From the human T2T-CHM13v2.0 reference genome, Homo sapiens: DNA of 64,000 bases. This document shows, piece after piece, positions 54,601 through 64,000 of this stretch. The notes beneath the pieces are model-generated. The model did not search any database, was not told the DNA's origin, and was given only the letters and a program-made list of their open reading frames with translations. Location of the stretch: the NCBI RefSeq assembly GCF_009914755.1, contig NC_060935.1; one strand, given 5' to 3'. The translations under genes and the position numbers were made by a program. Each line of letters opens with the position of its first letter. Within the stretch, counting starts at the first letter, position 1.

Positions 54601-57600
54601 GGAATTGCCAGGCATGGGGAAGAGAGCTGCCAGGCAAGGGGAGAGGCAGAACCACCATGAATCTGCCCCTGCAGGCACAAACAGGTGTCCCTGGAACCCA
54701 ATCCCACTCATATCCTCCAAGAGGACTAAGAGGACTATCAGGGCTGTTAGGGTGACTGGAAACACAAGCATCCTTCTCTTTTCTCCTCCCCAGCTCCATT
54801 TGGTCCAAGGAATATCACTTCTCTGCCCACCAGCCAGCCTTATCCACAACTTACAAGGTAAACACTTTATTTCTTTAGAGAATGGCCTGGGACCAAGGGC
54901 AAAGTGAGCAGGATGAAGTCTCCTCCCAAATGCCTGAGTGAAGGTCCGTAGTTTTAGAAGTCATTAGTTGTACCTGTAAAAGAACTGAGGCCTCTATTAC
55001 AGGACGATTTTTTGACATAGTTACTGGAGGATGGACAGGGGTTCAAATCGAGTGTTAAACTAAAAAGAGCAAACTACTCTTTTTAAAAAAAATAAAAAAT
55101 AAAAAATAAAAAAACCCAGGTTTTCTTGTAGTGACATCCAGTGTTCAGTGGATGACTGAAATATCACCTTTGGGGAGGTAGATTTATGGCAGCTTTTAAA
55201 TCATGCTCCTTTGAAGAATTTTCACATTTGATTCTAACATTAACTACTTCCATTATCTTATTAGAGTTTAGACTATTATGTGAGGCACCTTTAAGATAAG
55301 GTCAATGCTAAGAGACAACTGTTTCTTCCAATGAGAGATAAGGTTTTAGCCCTTTGCCAGTCCTACCAGAGGACAAAAATAAACTGCTCATGATGGCAAG
55401 GAAAGCCTGCCTTCCAGTGGCACACAAACTAGACTCAATATAGTAAATGTTTTCCAGCTGATCTGACAGAAGTGCCCTATGAGCAATGAAGAATCAAAGA
55501 ATGTCAACACACTTGCAGACACTTGGAAAAGAACTTCCTTCTCTTAACAAAGTCACTTGAGGTCTATCCCTTAAGAGAGTTTCATCTGTGGAATCAACAA
55601 CAACAACAACAACAAAAGTATATTGTAAAGGATGTTGAATACCCTCATAGGCAATTGGAGGTAGAACAAGACAGTGTAAGACAGGACATTGGTAGTCAGA
55701 ACCCATGTTCATGTTACTCACACTAAGGTAACTCCTGTGCCTAGAACAGTGCTTAGCACAACACATTTAATCTACGTTTATTCAAGGAATGAATGATCTT
55801 GTTTCTGACCCTGACTTTGCTTCTAATTTATTTATTTGTTTTCTCTGGGTTCGATGTGCCTCATCTGTAAATTAAGAGAATTGGGCAGATATTTTTAAAG
55901 TTCCTTTCCTGCCCTATGAGTCTATGATCATTATTGTGGGTCTTCAAATGATATTGAACAGAAATCTCGAGTGCTCACCGGATACATAGGCTGTGGTGAA
56001 ATGATTCAGTGTCCCAAAAAGTCAACAGTGGTACCCCTGGGGTAGCCCAGCTTCTTCTACCTCCTTTGACATGCCTTGCTGCCAACCAGGGTTTGGTTTT
56101 TCCATTAGCTATTTCTTTTGCTCTATGCTCCTACAAGCACTCCTTTCCTTTAATTTCCTTTTGACACTCTAAGGCAACCCCTGTGCAAATTTATCCATAT
56201 TATACCCTGTACTCTCTGGAGGAAAAGTGCCACAGAAATCCAACGAATAAATATACATGGTAACTCCTGCTTAGTTTTCAAAGAGCTACTCAGCAGGACC
56301 GTAGCTTACTCTAATATTGCTGTGATGTAAAGGTATTTATTATTTCTGCACACAAGTTGTTCCAAGCCATGTTGTAGTTAAAAGTGTATTCAACTAAAAG
56401 ACTAAAGTAGATAAAAAGAACGGGGATAAACAATCATCCCTAAGTTAATGATTAGAAAATTTTGTTTTTAACACCTTAGACAGAATCAGACAATAAAGAG
56501 GTGAGACAAAATGCCTTGAACTTTCAAACCACTGATATCATAGAGAGAATCAAAGGATGTTAATTTACTCTGATGGGACTGACATTATAATTTTTTATAT
56601 CTTTCTATAATTTTTGCATTCTCTTCATGAGTTAAAACTTCATGGATCACTAAAACTAAGGCTTGGAGAGATCTTTGATGTTTGATCAATTTGTTTACTG
56701 GTTTTGCCTTTATGTTGAACCTTTAGTGACCTTTTTTACACACCTGACCAAGAGGCTTTATAAATTTTTTTATAGTACAAGATCCTTATAAAATAAATTG
56801 GCCCTGCCAGCTAAGATTTAACTTATGACAGTAATAACTATTGTTTCTTAAATAGGCAGTTGGAGGTAGAAAACACAGTGCAGTTAGGACTCGTGTTCAT
56901 GTTATGCAAATGCTCAGTAAACAGTAGATACTCAAAATATATTTGTCAAATGCATCTATGACAAAATAGAAAAATCCACAAACTGAGAAAGACCAGAAGA
57001 CTCAATAGAAGAATGGCCATAAAATTCTCAGTAGCAAAAGTTGCTTGAAAGATGGATATAATGTCAACTGAATGAAGTCATTGCCATATTTATACAACCA
57101 TCTTCCCTGGCTCTCTGTGGGCAGATGTGTCTGCTGTAAAGGTGGCAGCTTCCTACAGTTAATCCTACTAGTCTCTAACCATTGCTCTGCTGATTGAGAT
57201 AAATAACATTTGCAGCTCTGCTGTATAAGTAAAACAAATTTTTCAGACATTTTCCATCTGTATATAATCAGTACCTGGACAGACCTTTTCCTTTATAATT
57301 TTATTTTTAAAGCCTCTCCTATGACGGAAACCTACCAGTGCAGCTGAGTTTGAGATGCAACAGTAATCCATTTAAGCAGCTTTGGGTTCATGCCTCAACA
57401 CACACACTATGTGAGCCTCCTCTGAATTCTCAAGGTAAATACAATGTTTAAATCAAGCCATTAACTATCATACATTTTCTGCCTAGCACATGAATGATTT
57501 TTGTTTAAAAATAATCTATTTATATCAGAGATAATTATTTTTAAAAACAGAGCCAAAATTCAATCCAAGGAATTAATATCTGGTGGCCTGAAAAGCTATG

Positions 57601-57754
57601 TAATTTCAGTGTTGAATATAGACCAAACAAAATAACTATTGAGACATAAGTAAGTTAATGTAAAAAATTAATTGTACAAAGATTTTGATTGGTTTGTTTG
57701 CATATTTGATATGTATATTTGATAGTCCTTTGGCTAATGTCTGATGTTAGTAAA

Positions 57755-58040
57755 TTATTATTATTATTATTATTATTACTATTTTGAGACAAGACCTTGT
57801 TCTGTCACCCAGGATGGAGTGCAGTGTTACGATCATAGCTCACTGCAGCCTTGAACTCCTGGGCTCAAGTAATCTTCCTCCCTCAGCCTCCAGGGTAGGT
57901 AGGACAGTAGGCACATACCATCATGCTTGGCTAATTTTTAAATTTTTTCTCTTTCTAGAGATGAGGTCTTGCTATATTGCCCAGGCTGGTCTTGAACTCC
58001 TGGCCTCAAGTGATCCTCGTACCTTGGGTTCTCCAAGCGA
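57755..58040 (-). mobile_element. AluJ with (ATT)n tail, 5'-truncated
   Basis: gatcatagctcactgcagccttgaactcctgggctcaag; (att)n at ~57755-57780. Confidence 0.92.
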
Positions 58041-58417
58041 TTAGCTGATTATTAAACAAAAGGGTGGAATATATAGTACGTAGAATATTTTGGTAAAGAA
58101 TATGTACATAATATTTAACTTCAATTCAGAGGAATGCCAAGATCTTGATATTAGTTACTTCTATACAAACTAGTAGAAAGGGGAAGATTAAAACAGTTAT
58201 ATTTTGCTCTAAGTATATATGTATCATGTGACTCATCTACATAACATATTCTCATTAGTACTTGTGTGACTGAAAATGTAAACAATGCTTTTCCACAAAA
58301 ATGTATTGAGTATTACTACATGTCAAACCTTAAGGGCCTATAAATGAATAAAGTACAATCTTTTTCTCAAAGAGCCCTATATAGCTGGGGACACATATCT
58401 ATGAATAAATAAATCTC

Positions 58418-59357
58418 AGGTGTAAGAAAGGGGTCCAGTTTCAGTTTTCTGTATATGGCTAGCCAGTTTTCCCAACACCATTTATTAAATAGGGGATCCT
58501 TTCCCCATTGCTTGTTTTTGTCAGGTTTGTCAAAGATCAGAAGGTTGTAGATGTGTGGTGTTATTTCTGAGGCCTGTGTTCTGTCCCATTGGTCTATATA
58601 TCTGTTTTGGTACCAGTACCATGCTGTTTTGGTTACTGTAGTCTTATAGTATAGTTTGAAATCAGGTAATGTGATGCCTCCAGCTTTGTTCTTTTTGGCT
58701 GGGATTTTCTCGGCTATACAGGCTCTTTTTTCATTCTATATGAAATTTAAAGTAGTTTTTTTCTGATTCTGTGAAGAAAGTCAATGATAGCTTGATGGGG
58801 ATAGCATTGAATCTATAAATTACTTTGGGCAGTATGGCCATTTTCACGATATTGATTCTTCCTGTCCATGACCATGGAATGTTTTTCCATTTGTTTGTGT
58901 TCTCTTATTTCCTTGAGCAGTGGTTTGTTTTTCTCCTTGAAGGGGTCCTTTATACACCATAGAATACTATACATCCATAAAAAGGATGAATTCATGCAGG
59001 GACATGGATGAAGGTGGAAACCATCATTCTTAGCAAAGTAACACAGGAACAGAAAACCAAATACCACATGTTCTCACTCATAAGTGGGAGTTGAACAATG
59101 AGAACACATGGACCCAGGGAGGGGAACATCACACACTGAGGCCTGTCAGTGGGTGCGGGAGGCTAGGGGAGGGATAGCATTAGGAAAAATACCTAATGTA
59201 GATGACAAGTTGATGGGTGCAGCAAACCACCACGGCACATGTATACCTATCTAACAAACTTGCACACCTATCTAACAAACTTGCACATTCTGCACATGTA
59301 TCCCAGAACTTAAGTATAATTAAAAAAAAAGAAAGAAAGAAAGAAAGAAAGAAAGAA
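58418..59357. mobile_element. 5'-inverted L1PA (L1PA7/8-like): antisense ORF2 piece 58418-58950 plus sense 3' end 58951-59357
   Basis: Antisense ccagttttcccaacaccatttattaaatagg...ctccttgaaggggtcctt is joined directly to sense tacaccatagaatactat...cccagaacttaagtataat, followed by an A/(GAAA)n tail. Confidence 0.93.
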
Positions 59358-60660
59358 ATTTCAGTGAAGAATGGCCTTGTTACAAATGTATGATGCTCAG
59401 GGATAAAATTACTGATTTTCGGTATTTATATGATATAAACTCACTAATAAATATTAGCTGGAAAAAGTGCAATAATTAGTGCTAATGTATATTAAAAAGC
59501 AAAGCAAAGGAATAGCTACATGTCTTTGCATGTTTTATCACTATGGACAATAGGAAAAAATTGTCACTATGAATTTATATGTATATCACAGTCAATGCTA
59601 CAAACTGGCCCGGCTGCAGATGGATATATTTCTGCACCGAAGAAATACCCAGTTATAGATAAGTGTGAAAAAAAGATTCCAAATAATAAACCCACTAACT
59701 CTAATTATAAATGAACAAAGCCTATATCTTTTTCTCCTCTTAAAATCATCAAAACTCATTCTTCAACAGTTGAATGTATAATGTGCCTCTTCTTTCATAT
59801 GTTTAATCATAACATACTTGGCATCAGAAATGTAAAGAACCTAATGTAACATTTACCTTCCATCCAGATTTAATAAATGTTAATATTTTGTCATATTTGA
59901 TTCAGATTAATTTTTTAAGAAATAAGTTCTTCATAATATAGGTAAAATCTCCACCCTACCTCCTCAAATTCATTTCAAAATAATTTTCAATAAACACTCT
60001 TGTAGCTCTCTCTTTAAGTACATACAAGTTTCTTTAGAGCAGGTCCTTCAAAATGTAATTGGTGGATCACAGAATATGTCCAGCTTTAATGCTATTCATT
60101 ACAAATTGTTCTCCAGTTGCCATTATTAGTAATTTAAATGAGTAGTATATATTAGTAGTTTATAAGAGATCAGTATTCTATATAACACAGTGTAATCAGA
60201 CATTCATGTTTCCGAAACATAATATATAATGTTAACTCTTTGTAGTCTTGATATGCATTTTCTTGATTACTGGTGAGACTTAAGATGTTTTCATACATTT
60301 ATTGGTTATTTGAACTTCCTTCTGTTCATACCCCTTGCCCATTTTTAAATAGGGTTATATTTTTCTTATTGACTTGTGAAGTACTTGATGTATACTGAAC
60401 ACTAATCTTTTATTATGGGTTTTGAAAATATCTGTTTCCAATCTCTGACTTGTCTTAGTTTTATTCATGTTTTGTCATACAGAGCCTTCATAAAAATTAA
60501 AAGGACTGAAGTTTTTCAGTGTTTTATGTTTACATTTTTATCATTTTTTTCTCTCTTCTAAGTTTATAAATATTTTATTTTCTTTCTAAGCAATTTAAAT
60601 GTTTTGCTTTTCATCAATAAGTCTCCAAAGTTTTTTTTTTTTTTAATTTACAGTGAAAGG

Positions 60661-61036
60661 AACAAGATCTTGTCCTTTTCAGGGACATGAATGGAGCTGA
60701 AAGCCTTTATCATCAGCCAATTAATGCAGGAACAGAAAACCCAACACTGCATGTTCTCACTTATAAGTGGGAGCTGAATGATGAGAACACATGGACACAT
60801 GGTTGGGGCAGGGTAAACAACATACACTGGGGCCTATCGGGTGTGGGCAGGGAAAGGGGGAGCATCAGGAAGAACAGCTCATTGGTGCTGGGCTTATATC
60901 TAGGTGATGGGTTGGTGATCTGCGCAGCAAAACACCATGGCTCATGTTTCCCTATGTAACAAACCTGCACATCCTGCACATGTACCCAATAACTTAAAAG
61001 GTGATAAAATAAAATATTAAAATAACAATTAAAAAT
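60661..61036 (+). mobile_element. L1PA (older) 3' end
   Basis: catgttctcacttataagtgggagctgaatgatgagaacacatggacac...cctatgtaacaaacctgcacatcctgcacatgtaccc; degenerate TSD taatttacagtgaaagg / taatttatggtggaagg. Confidence 0.9.
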
Positions 61037-61422
61037 AGTAATTTATGGTGGAAGGTAGGAATCTATATTTTTCCCATATGTATGGCCAGTTTTATTTATT
61101 TATTTACTTATTTATTTACTTGCTTACTTCATTAGCTGATATATAATAATGCTTTTCCTTTTCCTTACTGATTTCTAATGTCCCTGAGTTATATATCTAG
61201 ATAATATGTATGTGCATATAATTGTTTCCTGGCTTTTTAACAATTATCCTATTTTTATTTACCTGTGCCAGTACTACATTATGTATGCTTTATAGTAAAT
61301 ACTGTTACTTGAAGGGTGATTCATCCTTTTCACTTGATCTAACTTTTCAAGTTAATTTTCATAAATTTGTACAATAGAGCACTTTTATAGTATCTGCAAA
61401 ATGTCATGTTATTATTGTATAC

Positions 61423-61732
61423 TTTTTTTTTTTTTTTTCTTTGAGACAGAGTTTCACTCTTGTCGTCCAGATTGGAATGCAATGGCAATCTCGGCTCACT
61501 GCAACCTCCGCTTCCCAGGTTGAAGCGATTCTCCTGCCTCCGCCTCCCGAATAGCTGGGATTACAGGCACGTGCCACCACGCCGAGCTAATTTTTGTATT
61601 TTTAGTAGAGACAGGGTTCCATTATGTTGGCCAGGCTGATCTCAAACTCCTGACCTCAGGCAGACCAGGTAATCCGCCTGCCTCGGCTTCCCAAAGTACT
61701 GGGATTACAGGCGTGAGCCACTGCACTTAGCC
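61423..61732 (-). mobile_element. AluSq/Sp-like
   Basis: gagtttcactcttgtcg; TSD tattgtatac/tattgtacgc; short insertion after gacctcagg. Confidence 0.95.
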
Positions 61733-62255
61733 TATTGTACGCTATTTTAATTTTATCTTGCTATAGTAGTTACATTCCCCACCAAATCAGTCATTATTAT
61801 TATCACCATTATCATTTTTTGTTATAGTTTACTCACAATAACTATCAGTTAACTTCTTTATTTTTAGAATCCTAACCCCTCTTTCTGGATTAAATTTTCT
61901 TCTTACAGATAAATACATTTTAATAGTCTTTCTGCAAAAATCAATGATGTTTAAACATACCCAATCATTTATATTTTCCCTGAACTGAATGATAGTAGAC
62001 TAGACTTTGAATGAGAGTATAGAAACAGATTTGTAAATCGACAATGATTTTCCCTCAGAGCTTTGAAGATATTAACCTGCTGCCTATTTGCTGCCTGTTA
62101 CAAGAAATATGTCTTTCTTAATATGGTTTGCATAAATACTTTTTTTTGCCTTTCTTGAACTTCGGTTTTACTATAATATTTTCTTTTTTAAAAAATGTAC
62201 ATGGAACTCATTCTGTTTCTTTAATCTGATTATTTATAAAATAAGTCTCAGTCAT

Positions 62256-62589
<334 letters not shown>

Positions 62590-64000
62590 TTATTTTCCCT
62601 CACTCTCATTATTCTCTTAAATTCTGTTATGTTTTTTCTGGACCATTTTATTCTACCCGTACTATTGCTTCATAGAGCTCATATTTTTTTCTCCTTCCTC
62701 CTCTGTGCTGCTTTCAGGGTATATCCTCAGATCTAATTACTATTTTCTAATTTCTATTTTTACCTTAAATTTCAATTTATTGTTTTTTACCTACCTACAG
62801 AGTATCCATTTTTAATCAATTGTTTATACCATTTTTATTTTTAGACATTCTATATATATTTTTAAATCTATCATGTTCTGTTTTTATTATGATTTTTCTT
62901 CCTTTATCATGATTTTAATTTAACACATACTTAGTTTGTAGTCTTTATCTGATATTTTTATTCCCTAATTTTCCTGAACGTCTAATCTCACTGGTTTCAC
63001 TCATGGTGAGTATTTTCTGCATCGTATTGTACATTTTTATTCTGAGATTATCTTTAGAAAGATTATAGTTTCTGTGGGAGTCCCTGCGACCTTCAGTTGT
63101 GCAACTGTTGCTACAGAATAATTTTGCACATCCCTCTTCTAGTTGTCCAGAGATTTCACTAGCCCAAGAGCAGTTTCATATCAATTTTTTTTTTTTTTGA
63201 CTTGGAGCTATACTCTCCCCACAAAATAGGGTTGGGTTTAAATTTACTCTTTTTTTTTCTTTTTCCACTCCTAATAGAAACATGCATCCTTGTTGCTACC
63301 CTGGGCTGGTGAATAAAGTTTTTAAAAAGTCCTTTCACAAATGAGAATCCTTTTATGTTTTCAGTTTTATGCAACAGTCTCAGTTTCATTTCCCTTCCTT
63401 TGGTGATCCTAACGTCAAGTGTCCTGCCCTGAATGTCCATCAAAACCCTACACTCTCACCCTAAATGCCTTTATTGAGTCCCATACACCCCTGGGATACC
63501 ATAGTCAGTTCAGGATCTCACTGCTGTGGCCATCATTATACACAAACACAAACAAGTCCACGTGGCATCCCTCTAAATTAACCCAAAATCAAACTAGATC
63601 ATTTAACTAGCCTGCAAATGAGGCTTTAGAGTTTAATAAGTATGTGTGGTAACAACATGTATAAGATTTATTGTTAAGTGTTTCCTGCAAGAGATTTGGG
63701 GAAATCAACTAATTAAAATGTTAGTCAAAAGTCACCATATTATAATAGTTAATTAGCTAAACTACGCTGTAAGACAGACCACCACCATCATTATTGTGAC
63801 CTTGGAAAAGTTATGCTAACTTTATAAAATGGGGGTAATAACGGAAACTATGTAACAGTATTGATAATAGGAGCAAATGAGATAATACATATACACTATT
63901 TGGAGTAGTTCTGGCACATAGCCTGAGTGCAATAAAAATACTGCTTTTATTTTTATTCATATTCCAATCTTTAAGGAAGACAAAATCACAATAGTCTAGA

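Noticed and set aside
54200-54907. Stack of overlapping ORFs on both strands
   Set aside because: Expected from locally higher GC (fewer stop codons) in a promoter; no recognisable protein.
58813-59067. ORF with L1 ORF2-like residues
   Set aside because: Frameshifted fragment spanning the inversion junction of a dead L1.

Overview
AT-rich, CpG-depleted primate (human or great-ape) genomic DNA, dense in Alu, L1, L2, MIR, MaLR LTR and DNA-transposon relics. It is most consistent with intronic sequence of the giant minus-strand gene DLG2 (PSD-93/chapsyn-110). The only coding sequence I can support is a 78-nt minus-strand first-exon segment (54009-54086) encoding MFASIWYAKKLGRRFVHNARKAKSEK and ending at an AAG|GTATGG donor. 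I recall this peptide as an alternative, non-palmitoylated DLG2 N-terminus; the ORF track misses it. It sits in a locally CpG-richer promoter/5'UTR with two uORFs, a G-quadruplex motif and a candidate 249-nt 5'UTR intron. The most unusual structure elsewhere is a set of local, non-tandem templated duplications (1-84/3841-3923, 9376-9420/10380-10424, 28450-28664/28841-29055, 55647-55716/56852-56904), some with microhomology or tandem micro-duplication scars. There is also a tail-less Alu fragment with a direct repeat, a 5'-inverted L1 and a very young AluY. I found no new multi-gene system. Repeat subfamily names are recalled from consensus features, and old-repeat boundaries are approximate.
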